A stretch of DNA of 64,000 nt from Bryobacterales bacterium (GTDB taxonomy: Bacteria > Acidobacteriota > Terriglobia > Bryobacterales > UBA6623): positions 67,638 through 131,637 of the forward strand of contig CBDBZZ010000058.1 in the NCBI GenBank assembly GCA_965213745.1, given 5' to 3'. Of the stretch, positions 28,759 to 39,923 are shown in pieces. The translations under genes were made by a program, and so were the position numbers. Every line of letters begins with the position of its first letter. Positions within the stretch are counted from its first letter, which is position 1. The notes beneath the pieces are model-generated. The model was not told the origin of the DNA, made no database searches, and saw nothing but the letters and a program-made list of their open reading frames with translations.

Positions 28759-28915
28759 CTAATTTTGCCAAAAGTAATTGCAAGCAACCCACCAATAGAA
28801 TCAATAGCTTGCGGAGCTTTTTCGTGCAATTACTTATGAACACATCAGTAGTTTATTGAATACACCTTGCGTCTCCCGAAGATCAGCCCAGAAACACGCC
28901 AGTGACGACTCCCTC
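28759..28915 (-). repeat. R2 copy 3 (28759-28849) with an adjoining partial R1-like segment (28855-28915), inverted relative to copy 2
   Basis: The reverse complement of 28759-28849 aligns with R2. The reverse complement of 28855-28905 (GGGCTGATCTTCGGGAGACGCAAGGTGTATTCAATAAAC) aligns with the R1 core GGGTGATCTTGCCCGTAAGCCATTGTTTTTTAATAAG. Confidence 0.75.
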
Positions 28916-29359
28916 TCCGCCATACAAATTGCGCAAGTCTGCCCCCTTCCGACTTCCGAACCCGCCCCGGTCAGGACCTCCCGGGTCCAGATCCGCCGAC
29001 GACGCGATAGGGCTGTTCGAGCCCCAAGGCGTTCCTGCCCCGTGGAAACCCGAATCACAGTGGGCTACAGCTGCACCTCTCCGGCGGTATCCTGCGCCGG
29101 AACTTGGGTAAGGCATGCCGGCGAGGCGTGAGCCGCTAGCGGTACCGTCGGCGGTGAAGGCCCACTCACGCAAACTCGCGATACAGGTTGACATACCGGG
29201 GCGCACAGGCTTCTTGTTGCAGACTCCAGAAGCACCGGGACGCGGGCGGAGGGGCACCGCAAGCGCTGCTTGGAGTCTGGCGGCTGGATTGGAGCCTCTG
29301 AAGAAATAGCTCTGCGCCTAGGCCCCCCACTTCCGCTAGGCCACGCCATCCATGGGCGA

Positions 29360-30289
29360 TCACGTGCCAGCGGCCAGCGCGCCGTTCCCCTCAGGCGACC
29401 CGACATCCTCGAAGAACCCGCCCATGGCCCGGAATTTTCGGTACCGTTCCTCAACTAGCTGTTCGGGGCTGCGCTGACGCAGAGAGCCGAGCGTGCGCTC
29501 CAAGGCATCGCCCAGCAGCAGGGCGGCCGCGTCCGGGTCTTCGTGCGCACCTCCCGGTGGCTCCGCCACGACACAGTCCACCATTCCGAGCCGCTGCAGA
29601 TCGGCGGCGGTCAGCTTGAGTGCTTCGGCGGCCAGCTCGGCCTTGGCCGCGTCCCGCCAGACGATCGCCGCACAGCTTTCGGGCGAGATCACACTGTACA
29701 CCGCATTCTCCAGCATCAGGACACTGTTGCCGACGCCCAGGGCCAGCGCTCCTCCGCTCCCGCCTTCGCCGATGCAGACTGCCACCAGCGGCACTTCCAG
29801 TTGCGCCATCTCACGCAGGTTCCGGGCGATCGCCTCCGCCTGCCCGCGCTCCTCCGCATCCATGCCCGGGTAAGCCCCGGGAGTATCGAGGAACGTCGCG
29901 ATCGGGCGGCCGAACTTGTCCGCGAGCCTCATGGCTCGCAACGCCTTGCGATAGCCTTCCGGCTTCGGCATGCCGAAATTGCGGCGGAGCTTCTCCTCGG
30001 TTCGACGCCCTTTCTCCTGGCCGATCGCCATCAGGGGCTCGCCGCGGAAGCGGCAGAATCCGCACACAATGGCCGGGTCGTCCCCGAACACGCGGTCTCC
30101 GTGGATCTCGTGAAACCCGTCGAATAGGCGGTCGAAATAGTCCAGGGCATGGGGGCGCTGGGGGTGCCGCGCCAATTGCACGCGGTCCCACGCCCGGGAC
30201 TCGGGGCCGCCGGGCGCTCGGCCTCCTGAGGCCGGTCTCCCGCTGGACTCCGCAGCTTGCCCGGCTCGATCCCGGTCTTTGTCCGCCAT
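29360..30289 (-). CDS. accA: Acetyl-CoA carboxylase carboxyltransferase subunit alpha
   Basis: LARHPQRPHALDY...IHGDRVFGDDPAIVCGF...FGMPKPEGYRKALRAMRLADKFGRPIATFLDTPGAYPG...GEGGSGGALA is the hallmark AccA sequence. I chose the start at the ATG at 30289 (GGGAG 8 nt upstream) because the longer ORF would overlap the divergent neighbour. Confidence 0.9.
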   Translation of the reverse strand: MADKDRDRAGQAAESSGRPASGGRAPGGPESRAWDRVQLARHPQRPHALDYFDRLFDGFHEIHGDRVFGDDPAIVCGFCRFRGEPLMAIGQEKGRRTEEKLRRNFGMPKPEGYRKALRAMRLADKFGRPIATFLDTPGAYPGMDAEERGQAEAIARNLREMAQLEVPLVAVCIGEGGSGGALALGVGNSVLMLENAVYSVISPESCAAIVWRDAAKAELAAEALKLTAADLQRLGMVDCVVAEPPGGAHEDPDAAALLLGDALERTLGSLRQRSPEQLVEERYRKFRAMGGFFEDVGSPEGNGALAAGT

Positions 30290-30344
30290 CCGCGAAGCTC
30301 CCATTGTACGTGTCCCTGGGGAGCGCGAGGCGGCTCGCCGCGGC

Positions 30345-31874
30345 ATGCTCTTGCGTACACTGAGTCAAGCCGTGGGGACCCGCACTCTCTGTCTGATCGC
30401 CCTGCTCGCCATGGCGGCGCGGCCCAGCGCCGCCCAGACGGCGGACCAGCTGATCGCGGACATTCGCATGTTCACGGTGATGGCGGCCATCAACGCGGGC
30501 GGCTACGACGCCGGCCTGAGCTCCGTCGCGGACAGCCCGGTGCGCAAGGCGCTGCGCCAGGATCTTGAATCCATGGAGCCGGGCATGGCGGCGCGGCTCA
30601 GGACATTCTACGGCCAGCATCAGCTGGGCGATCCCGAGCTCGATCTCTCCCAGTACATCTCCTTTGCCCTGCTGTGCGGCGAACCGCCCTACTTCGACCT
30701 GAAGGCCGAAGTGCCGACCGACCTGCCGCTGGACCTGCGCCCCATCCGCGGCCTGTCCTCGCTGCTGCGGGAGTTCTACGAAGTCGCCGACATTGAGGTG
30801 CTGTGGGAGAAGTACCGCCCGGCCTACGAAGCCGAAATGCTGCGCTACCAAGACGCCCTCATCGAAGCCGTCTACGAGATCAACGGCTACCTGCGCATGC
30901 CGGCATCCAGCCGCGAGACCCTAGGCTTCCGAGTGCATTTCGACCTGCTGGCCGCTCCCGGCAACATCAACATGCGCTCCTATGGGGGGGATGTGCAGGT
31001 TGTCGTCCACAGCGCATCCCAAATCCACGCCGAGGAGATCCGCGCCGCCTACCTGCTGCACCAGCTCGACCGGCTGTCGATCCGCTTCTCCGAAGCGGTG
31101 GCCTCCAAGGAAGGCTTGGCCAGGTTCGCCGTCTACGCCCCTGCCCTCCCCGAGGCCTACCGGACGAACTTCCAGTTGCTCGTGACCAAGTCTCTGGCGC
31201 ACGCCGTGCAGACGCGCATGCGCTACGAGCCCGAGGAGCGCATGCTCCAGCGAATCGAGGAGCACCTGCGGCAGGGCTTCATCCTCGCACCCTACTTCTT
31301 CGCCAAGCTCGCGGAGTACGAAGGGCAGCCGCAGCCGATGCGCAAGTACTACGAGACCCTCATCCGCGATATCAATGTGCGGCAGGAATCGGCCCGCATC
31401 CAGGCGGTCAAGTTCGCGGAGCGAGCCGCCTCCAGGCCCCGCGCCCCGCGCCGCGTGGCGCAGCCGCGAGTCTCGGAGGAGGACAGCCTGCTGTCGCAGG
31501 CGGAGGGCCTCCTCCAACTCGGAGAGTTGAACCGGGCGCGCAAGCTGTACACGGAGGTGCTCGGCAGGCGCGGGCCAGGCAGCGGACAGGCCAGCTACGG
31601 GCTGGGCCGGATTGCCCTCGACGAAGCCGACCCGGACTTGGCCTTGGAGCACTTCGCCGCAGCCGCAGACACCGCCGCGGATGCCCGGATCCGAGCGATG
31701 GCGCATATCTACTCCGGCCGCATCCAGGACATCTTCGGCAACCGGGAGCTAGCGGTCGCGCACTACCGCAGCGCCCTCGATGCCGGTGACCCATCCCCCA
31801 TCGTGCGTCGCTTCGGCGAGCAGGGACTGCGCAAGCCGTTCACCGGGCTGGACGACGAGGGCGAAGAGCCCTGA
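30345..31874 (+). CDS. Secreted hypothetical protein with a C-terminal TPR-like region
   Basis: Signal peptide MLLRTLSQAVGTRTLCLIALLAMAARPSAAQ, coding-like composition throughout, and TPR-like helices near the C-terminus (...LGELNRARKLYTEVL...HIYSGRIQDIFGNRELAVAHYRSAL). Confidence 0.6.
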   Translation: MLLRTLSQAVGTRTLCLIALLAMAARPSAAQTADQLIADIRMFTVMAAINAGGYDAGLSSVADSPVRKALRQDLESMEPGMAARLRTFYGQHQLGDPELDLSQYISFALLCGEPPYFDLKAEVPTDLPLDLRPIRGLSSLLREFYEVADIEVLWEKYRPAYEAEMLRYQDALIEAVYEINGYLRMPASSRETLGFRVHFDLLAAPGNINMRSYGGDVQVVVHSASQIHAEEIRAAYLLHQLDRLSIRFSEAVASKEGLARFAVYAPALPEAYRTNFQLLVTKSLAHAVQTRMRYEPEERMLQRIEEHLRQGFILAPYFFAKLAEYEGQPQPMRKYYETLIRDINVRQESARIQAVKFAERAASRPRAPRRVAQPRVSEEDSLLSQAEGLLQLGELNRARKLYTEVLGRRGPGSGQASYGLGRIALDEADPDLALEHFAAAADTAADARIRAMAHIYSGRIQDIFGNRELAVAHYRSALDAGDPSPIVRRFGEQGLRKPFTGLDDEGEEP

Positions 31875-31946
31875 GTCCGAGCCCCACCCCTCGAAGCGCG
31901 GCCCCTTTGCTAGGATGGGATTTGGGCGACCGCCCACGCTTCCCAA

Positions 31947-32531
31947 ATGTCCGAGACTGGCGAGTTTGAGCAAGGGCGGAACGGTGCCGCCCCGGCGGCC
32001 CAGGAGGAAGATTCCGTGGCCGCTACGAACGGAGACGCCGTCCCAAGGCCTGAGGACGCCGCGACCGCCGAGGCGGAGGCTCTGCGGAGCGCGCTTGAGG
32101 AGGCTCAGTGCGAGCGCCGCGAAATGTTCGAGCAGTTGCAGCGCGCACAGGCCGACTTCGAGAACATCCGCAAGCGCCTCCAGCGGGAAAAGGAAGAGGT
32201 CGTACGCTACGCGGCGCAAAGCACCATCCAATCCCTGCTGCCGATCATCGACGACTTCGAGCGAGCGCTCGCGACGGAGGGCATTGAGCCGGAGTTCAGG
32301 AAGGGCCTGGAACTGATCCACCGGCGCATCTTCGAGGTCTTCACCCGGGCCGGCCTGAAAGCAGTCGCCCAGCACGAGTCCTTCGACCCAAACCTCCACT
32401 ACGCGGTCGACAGTGCGCCGGCCGACGAGGGCCAGTCCGACCAGCAGATCCTCGAGGTGTACCAGAAGGGATACCTCTTCAAGGACCGGCTGATGCGCGC
32501 CTCAATGGTCAAGGTGGCCGTCCAGGATTAG
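31947..32531 (+). CDS. grpE: Nucleotide exchange factor GrpE
   Basis: [45 protein letters not shown] and ...[21 protein letters not shown] are classic GrpE blocks. Confidence 0.9.
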   Translation: MSETGEFEQGRNGAAPAAQEEDSVAATNGDAVPRPEDAATAEAEALRSALEEAQCERREMFEQLQRAQADFENIRKRLQREKEEVVRYAAQSTIQSLLPIIDDFERALATEGIEPEFRKGLELIHRRIFEVFTRAGLKAVAQHESFDPNLHYAVDSAPADEGQSDQQILEVYQKGYLFKDRLMRASMVKVAVQD

Positions 32532-32565
32532 GCCCCGGAACCTCCGGGGCAGACAGGCTCGGATT

Positions 32566-33732
32566 GTGGAGAAACGCGACTACTACGAGGTCTTGGGAGT
32601 CGACCGCGGCGCGGATGCAGCCGCGTGCAAGCGCGCCTACCGCCAGCTCGCGCTCAAGTACCATCCCGACCGCAACCCGAACTCCCGGGAGGCAGAGGAG
32701 AAATTCAAGGAAGCCTCTGAGGCTTATAGCGTCCTCAGCGATCCGGAGAAGCGCCAGATCTACGACCAGTTCGGCCATCAGGGCCTCGCCGGGAACGGCG
32801 CGGCCGGGGGCTATACGGTCAACGACTTCTCCGACCTGTTCGGCGACATCTTGGGAGACTTGTTCGGCGTCGGCAGCTCCCGCGGCCGCAGCGGGGCACG
32901 GCGGGGTGACGACCTCCAGTACGAACTGGAGATCCCCTTCGAGGACGCCGTATTCGGCTGCACCCAGGAGATCAGCATCCCGCGCAACGAAGCGTGCGAG
33001 CGCTGTTCCGGGTCGGGCTGCGAGCCGGGGACGCGCCGCGCAGCCTGCGGAACCTGCGGCGGCCGGGGCCAGATCTACACCCGGCAGGGCTTTCTGACCT
33101 TGAGCCGGACATGCTCCAGATGTCGGGGCTCCGGCCAAGCCATCCAGCATCCCTGCGGGACTTGCCGCGGAGCCGGCAAGTCCCGCGTCCAGCGCAAGCG
33201 TAAGGTGGAGATTCCGGCCGGGGTCGACGACGACACCCGCATCCGCCTGACCGGGGAAGGCGACGCAGGCAGCGGAGGAGGACCGCGAGGCGACCTCTAT
33301 GTGCTCATCCACGTGCGCGGCAACGATGTGTTCACCCGCGAAGAGAACGACTTGCACTGCCAAGTGCGAATCAATGTAGCCCAGGCCGCTCTCGGCACCA
33401 GGGTCATGGTGCCGACGCTGGAGGGGGGCGAAGAGATCACCCTGAGCCCAGGCACCCAGGCGGGGACCCGGCGGCTTTTGCGAGGCAAGGGGGTGCCGCA
33501 TTTCCGGAGCGGACGCCGAGGCAATCTGTACGCCCATGTCGAAGTGGTGGTTCCCCGCTCCCTTACCTCCCAGCAGCGGGCGCTCTTCCAGCAGCTTGAA
33601 ACTGCTCTCGATCCTGAGCCGCACGCCGACGCACACGAGAACGGGTTCTTCGAGAAACTCAAAGAAGGCCTGCGGAATCCGTTCGCGCACCGCACCGACC
33701 CGCCACCCGGCGAAGACCGTCCGAAAGCGTGA
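32566..33732 (+). CDS. dnaJ: Molecular chaperone DnaJ
   Basis: J domain [34 protein letters not shown], a Gly-rich linker, and four CxxCxGxG zinc-finger repeats ([32 protein letters not shown]). Confidence 0.92.
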   Translation: MEKRDYYEVLGVDRGADAAACKRAYRQLALKYHPDRNPNSREAEEKFKEASEAYSVLSDPEKRQIYDQFGHQGLAGNGAAGGYTVNDFSDLFGDILGDLFGVGSSRGRSGARRGDDLQYELEIPFEDAVFGCTQEISIPRNEACERCSGSGCEPGTRRAACGTCGGRGQIYTRQGFLTLSRTCSRCRGSGQAIQHPCGTCRGAGKSRVQRKRKVEIPAGVDDDTRIRLTGEGDAGSGGGPRGDLYVLIHVRGNDVFTREENDLHCQVRINVAQAALGTRVMVPTLEGGEEITLSPGTQAGTRRLLRGKGVPHFRSGRRGNLYAHVEVVVPRSLTSQQRALFQQLETALDPEPHADAHENGFFEKLKEGLRNPFAHRTDPPPGEDRPKA

Positions 33733-34911
33733 CGCCGAGGCCGACCGCATCGGCACGCTGACCTGCCAGCGATCAGGCCTGAAGGGTCCACCGGGAGCGC
33801 CGTGGCTTGCTGGACGCAGGCGACAGCCTGCAGTTCGGGTGGCTTGTGACAGTCCGCAGCAGCGAACGGGGCAGAGCAAGGCTTGGCCCGTCCGCGGAAC
33901 GTATTTTTCCAGACGCGCCGAAGAGCTAGCGCGTGGGATGGTGGATGGCTGCTGTGGGGGGCCTTCCCTAGCCCGCGGCTCACGTCAGCCTGTATCCCAG
34001 CTTCGAGTGGGCGTGCCTCGCGGCAGTGCCGGTGACGAAGCCTTCGCGAGGTAATCCCTAGCGCGGCTAGCCGTCCGGGTTATCGAGCCCCGGGCCTCTC
34101 CATTGGCGAATGCTCTGGGCTGGCGCGTCGGGATCCCGCGTGGCAAGTTGCACGCAGGATGGTCGCTAGGCAAAGGCAATTTCCCTCGCCCCACGCCAAT
34201 CGAGGCCTTCGAGACGCTTCTGCTTCCGCCAGAGCCGACATGCACGCCGCCGGACACTTCGGCGAAGCCCGAGACACAGCCATCGCTGTGGCAGAGCGAA
34301 GACCGGTGGATCTCCGCGTCCGCTGGCTGAAATCCCGTAACAGGGGTCGAGTGGGGTGGAGCCCCTTCGGGACAATCCCAAGGCGTCTTGTGCCACGCAA
34401 TGATGAGGTGACGAACAGCCTCCAGTCTCGAGAGACCGGAACTGGACCGCGACGGGGAGCGACACAGCCGCCTTTGCAGTTATATCGCTACGGGGAGCGG
34501 GAAGCGCCCAGGCCGCCCGCTCTTCTCGGCGACTACCCGCGTTTTGAGCGCGCCCGGCGACGAGGACACGCACGGCGTTCGCAGCCTGTCGCCATCCAAC
34601 CTGCATTGAATCCGAGTGTAAAACCGGTGGTCAACCGCAGCGTGGCGGTGACTCTGCTCAGTTCCGGGCCGCCGCCGGTCCGGCCAAAACACGCAGGAAA
34701 AATCCGTACCGGATCGTCAAACGAGTGCGCGACGAGCCAATGGCGACCTCTCACGCGAAGCCGGACACGTTCCATTTTTGATCAGCCTGGACCCTCGCGC
34801 CAGGAGGGCAGGATTGACGACTTCCCCCTCTCCCCATCCAACTCCTAACGCGCACGTCAGCTTCGAGCGGGACGGCCCGAGGCGCGGTCCACCGTGGGCT
34901 AGAATTAACTC

Positions 34912-37119
34912 GTGCCGGGTCGGCTCCCAGCGGCCTGCGGGGCGCTGCTTCTGCTGCTGTCGGCCCCGCTGTCCGGAGCGGCGCGGGACTCTCACACCCG
35001 CCTACGCGCTCAGGTAGAGCAGCTGATCGCCGGCCAACGCGGCATGAGCGTCCACGACTGGGTCGGCTTCAAGCTAGACGGCCCTGAGGTCACACTTCAG
35101 GGTGCCGTCACGCGGCCGAGGCTGCGACAGTCCATCGAACGGTCGGTACGGGCTCTCGAGGCAGTCGCCGCGGTGCGCAACGACATCGAGGTGCTGCCCC
35201 GCTCGGGCAATGACATCGGAGTGCGGATCAACGCCTATTGGCGCATCTACGGACACCCCGAGCTGCGTCAGCAGCTGCTCGGTGGATCAGCGTTCCGCCC
35301 CCGCCTTCGACGCTCGGCCACCGACGAACAGCGCGTCCTGCTCAAGCCCGTGCATATCGTTGTCCGCGACGGCCACTTGACCCTGGAGGGCGAAGTCGAG
35401 CAGCAGCGTCAAAAGCGGCTCGCTAGCCAGCAGGCATCCGCCGTATTGGGAGTGCGGTCCGTTACCAACAACTTGATCGTGACCGGGACCGACACGGAGG
35501 AGTTCGAGCCCATCGACTTCGAAACCGACCCTTGGTGGACGGACTCGGACTCCGTGGCCGAGCCCGTCGTGCGGGTCGAGAATCCAGCAGGCGGCGTCCG
35601 CGTGCGGGTGGTCAACGCCGAGCGGGTGCTGGTGCGCAGGTCGAGCCGGACCCGGGCCGTGCAGCCGGGCGACACCAAGATCACCCGCCTGGGACACAAG
35701 ATGCGGATCCGGTCCCAACCCCCGGATGGCGCTTCGATCGACCTCGAGGTCGACCTGCCCTACGGCCACCGTCTGGAAGTGCAGACCGTCGGAGGACCGA
35801 TCGCGCTGACCGGGCTTGTTCGGCGGGCACGCTTGGAGACGGACACCGGCAAGATCGAACTCGCAGTTCCCTGGCGGGCCGTGCGCCTCAGCGCCGAGGC
35901 TTACGGCAAGCCTCGAGCGGTTGCGCTAGACGGCGGTTTGCACTCGTTCTTTCAGGTCCGGGCGGCCGCAGCCTCCGGCAAGCCCTGGGCCATTGTTGAC
36001 CGGCGCGACGCGAAGGAGCCGTTGTACGGTTCCGTGCAGCTGGATACCGCGCAACCCGAGGCGCTGGTGTTGCGCGAGGCTCCGATCCCCGGGGATTCGC
36101 CGGTGCGCTTGCATTGGCAGGCCCCGGAGGTGCTCGCCGAGATGCTGCGCAGGCCGTTCCGCATGCGCTTGACCCAGCCGGGGACGGGCGGCGGGACGCC
36201 CGAGGAAGGCCTGGAGCCGGAGCAGGGCATCGTGCAGTTCAACTCGGAGGTGCGCTTGGTGCAGCTGCTGGCTGCCGTAGTCGACGCCAAGAACCGGCCC
36301 GTCATGGGGCTGGGCCCCCAGAGCTTCCAGATTCTCGAGGATGGTGCAGAGCAGCGGATCGGCATGGTGAGGGACACCGAGACCGAGTTCAACTTGGTGC
36401 TGCTACTGGATTGCAGCACCAGCACCTTGGCGGATCGGGAATCTGTGTTGGAGGCGGCGCGTCGGTTCATCCGCGCCACCCGGCCAGCGGACCGCGTCGG
36501 CATCTACGTGCTCTCGGATGCCTTCCTCCACGTGGTTAGCCCGCTGACACCGGACCGCGAAACCCTGCTCAGCAAGATCGAGCGGATACCGCGGCTATCG
36601 GGCGGGACGCCGCTCTACGATGCCATCACCCTGGCCTATGCGCAAGAGCTAGCCCATCGCCGCTGGGAGCGCAACGCCCTCATCGTGATCAGCGACGGCA
36701 TGGACAACGATCTCCAACCGGGGTGGAGCCGCATGATCCCCTCGCAAGTCCCCTTCCAGGACCTTCTCCGGGTGTCGGCAGAAATCAACAGCGCAATCTA
36801 CCCGATCTTCCTGGAACCGGACGAGCCGGGGATCCGCACCGAGCGCAGCTGGCGCGAGGCCCTCGAGCGCGCTACTAGCCGCGCACGCGAACGCATGCGC
36901 AAATTGGCGGAGGCCACAGGCGGCCGGTTGTTCCGGGCGGAATCGCTCGGCGACCTGGACACGGTCTATCAGCAGGTGGCCGATGAGCTGCGGAGCGTCT
37001 ACACCCTGGCCTACTATCCGTCGAACCAGGACTTCGATGGCGCCTGGCGCCGCATTCGGGTTGTCGTGCGGTCCGGCGACGCCCGCGTACGGACTCGGCC
37101 CGGGTACTACGGCTGGTGA
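34912..37119 (+). CDS. BON domain protein with a C-terminal VWA (VWFA-related acidobacterial, TIGR03436-like) domain
   Basis: GTG start and a signal peptide. BON-like segments are ...VTLQGAVTRPRLRQSIERSVRALEAVAAVRNDIEV and ...HLTLEGEVEQQRQKRLASQQASAVLGVRSVTNNLIV. The VWA block is NLVLLLDCSTS...GGTPLYDAI...ALIVISDGMDN, and the ending is ...YTLAYYPSNQDFDGAWRRIRVVV...RTRPGYYG. Confidence 0.75.
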   Translation: MPGRLPAACGALLLLLSAPLSGAARDSHTRLRAQVEQLIAGQRGMSVHDWVGFKLDGPEVTLQGAVTRPRLRQSIERSVRALEAVAAVRNDIEVLPRSGNDIGVRINAYWRIYGHPELRQQLLGGSAFRPRLRRSATDEQRVLLKPVHIVVRDGHLTLEGEVEQQRQKRLASQQASAVLGVRSVTNNLIVTGTDTEEFEPIDFETDPWWTDSDSVAEPVVRVENPAGGVRVRVVNAERVLVRRSSRTRAVQPGDTKITRLGHKMRIRSQPPDGASIDLEVDLPYGHRLEVQTVGGPIALTGLVRRARLETDTGKIELAVPWRAVRLSAEAYGKPRAVALDGGLHSFFQVRAAAASGKPWAIVDRRDAKEPLYGSVQLDTAQPEALVLREAPIPGDSPVRLHWQAPEVLAEMLRRPFRMRLTQPGTGGGTPEEGLEPEQGIVQFNSEVRLVQLLAAVVDAKNRPVMGLGPQSFQILEDGAEQRIGMVRDTETEFNLVLLLDCSTSTLADRESVLEAARRFIRATRPADRVGIYVLSDAFLHVVSPLTPDRETLLSKIERIPRLSGGTPLYDAITLAYAQELAHRRWERNALIVISDGMDNDLQPGWSRMIPSQVPFQDLLRVSAEINSAIYPIFLEPDEPGIRTERSWREALERATSRARERMRKLAEATGGRLFRAESLGDLDTVYQQVADELRSVYTLAYYPSNQDFDGAWRRIRVVVRSGDARVRTRPGYYGW

Positions 37120-37665
37120 GCCAGCCTCCAGGATCCGCGACGGACGCAAGGCCATCCCCGGCCCGGCCGGGCCGCGCAGCGGCGGAAGCGCACCACAGGC
37201 CTCCGGCACCCGCCGAGCAGGAAGCATCGAGGCGTCCTGGGTCCTTGGCACCCCTCACCCCCTGGCCGCGTCTCGGGCCGCCACATACATAGCGCCGGCG
37301 GTCCTCCGGCTCGTAGAGCTCGCCGGGTCAGAGAGGACCGTCCAACTCGGCAGGCGTGTCCATCCCCAAGGATCGAGGCCCCACGGCAGCCCCCGATCCT
37401 GTTCGACGGTCCCCCCCGGAGGCGGCGGACGCAGCTCGGCGGCTACGTCAGGCCACAGGTCCAGTATCAGGCCTCCTTGCGGACCAGCGCACCGCACTGC
37501 GGGTCGCTGGGAACGCCGCACGGCTGGAGCCCCGGTGAGCTGCGGTATCCCGTCTCCTCGTGGTGACCCGCTCAACGGTTCCTTGCGCTGGCCCCCCGGG
37601 GAATATATACTGATTGGTATGGATTTGACGCCGCCGCCCGAGGGTGCCGATCCGGGAAGGAAGCC

Positions 37666-39114
<1,449 letters not shown>

Positions 39115-39150
39115 ACGCCGCCGCGGGGAACGGGAGGAGCGCATTCCGCC

Positions 39151-39921
39151 ATGCTGCGCATCAAGAACTTGCATGTCGAGGTGGACGGCCAGCAGATCCT
39201 GCGGGGCGTCGATCTGGATGTCCAGCCCGGCAGCGTGCATGCCGTGATGGGCCCCAACGGCTCCGGCAAGAGCACGCTGGCGTCGGTGCTGGCCGGCCGC
39301 GACGGCTACGACGTTACTGCGGGCAGCGTGGCGTATCGCGGCCAGGACCTGCTGGAGATGGAGCCCGAGGTCCGCGCCCGCGAGGGCATCTTCCTGGCCT
39401 TCCAGTATCCGGTCGAAGTGCCGGGGGTGACCACGATGTACTTCCTTCGGGAGGCGCTCAACGCCGTGCGGAAGCACCGCGGGCAGGCGGAGCTCTCGGC
39501 CGGGGAGTTCCTGCGGCTGGCCCGGGAGAAGATCCGCCCCCTCGGCATCGAGGCCGACATGCTCAAGAGAGCCGTCAACGAGGGCTTTTCAGGCGGCGAG
39601 AAGAAGCGCAGCGAGATCTTCCAGATGGCCGTGCTCGAACCGACGCTCGGGATCCTCGACGAAACCGACTCGGGCCTCGACATCGACGCCCTCAAGGTGG
39701 TTGCCGACGGCGTCAACGCTCTGCGGTGCCCGGACCGGGCCTTCATCGTGATCACCCACTACCAGCGGCTGCTGGACTACATCGTCCCGGACGCAGTGCA
39801 TGTCCTGGCGGGTGGGCGCATCGTCCGCTCCGGCGACAAGGAGCTGGCGCTAGAGCTCGAGGCCAAGGGCTACGGCTGGATCGAGAGCATCGCCAACCAG
39901 CTGGCCCCTGTGGGAGCGTAG
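39151..39921 (+). CDS. sufC: Fe-S cluster assembly ATPase SufC
   Basis: MLRIKNLHVEV...VMGPNGSGKSTLA (Walker A), FSGGEKKRSEI (signature) and ILDETDSGLDIDAL (Walker B). Confidence 0.93.
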   Translation: MLRIKNLHVEVDGQQILRGVDLDVQPGSVHAVMGPNGSGKSTLASVLAGRDGYDVTAGSVAYRGQDLLEMEPEVRAREGIFLAFQYPVEVPGVTTMYFLREALNAVRKHRGQAELSAGEFLRLAREKIRPLGIEADMLKRAVNEGFSGGEKKRSEIFQMAVLEPTLGILDETDSGLDIDALKVVADGVNALRCPDRAFIVITHYQRLLDYIVPDAVHVLAGGRIVRSGDKELALELEAKGYGWIESIANQLAPVGA

Positions 39922-39923
39922 CC

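Noticed and set aside
27498-28843. 400-aa and 444-aa ORFs (27498..28700 minus, 27505..28839 plus) and other 100-200-aa ORFs over the IS debris
   Set aside because: All six frames are open here, the compositions are Arg/Pro/Gly/Ala-dominated, and similarity to transposase blocks jumps between frames. I treated this as decayed mobile-element sequence, not as genes.
28916-29359. ORFs of 64-129 aa between the IS debris and accA
   Set aside because: No motifs, mutually overlapping frames on both strands, and Arg/Pro/Gly-rich composition.
30290-30346. Longer AccA N-terminus starting at 30346 (MPRRAASRSPGTRTMGASR...)
   Set aside because: It would overlap the divergently transcribed neighbour's start at 30345 and adds only Arg/Ser/Pro-rich residues. 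The ATG at 30289 has a GGGAG ribosome-binding site and gives a normal AccA length.
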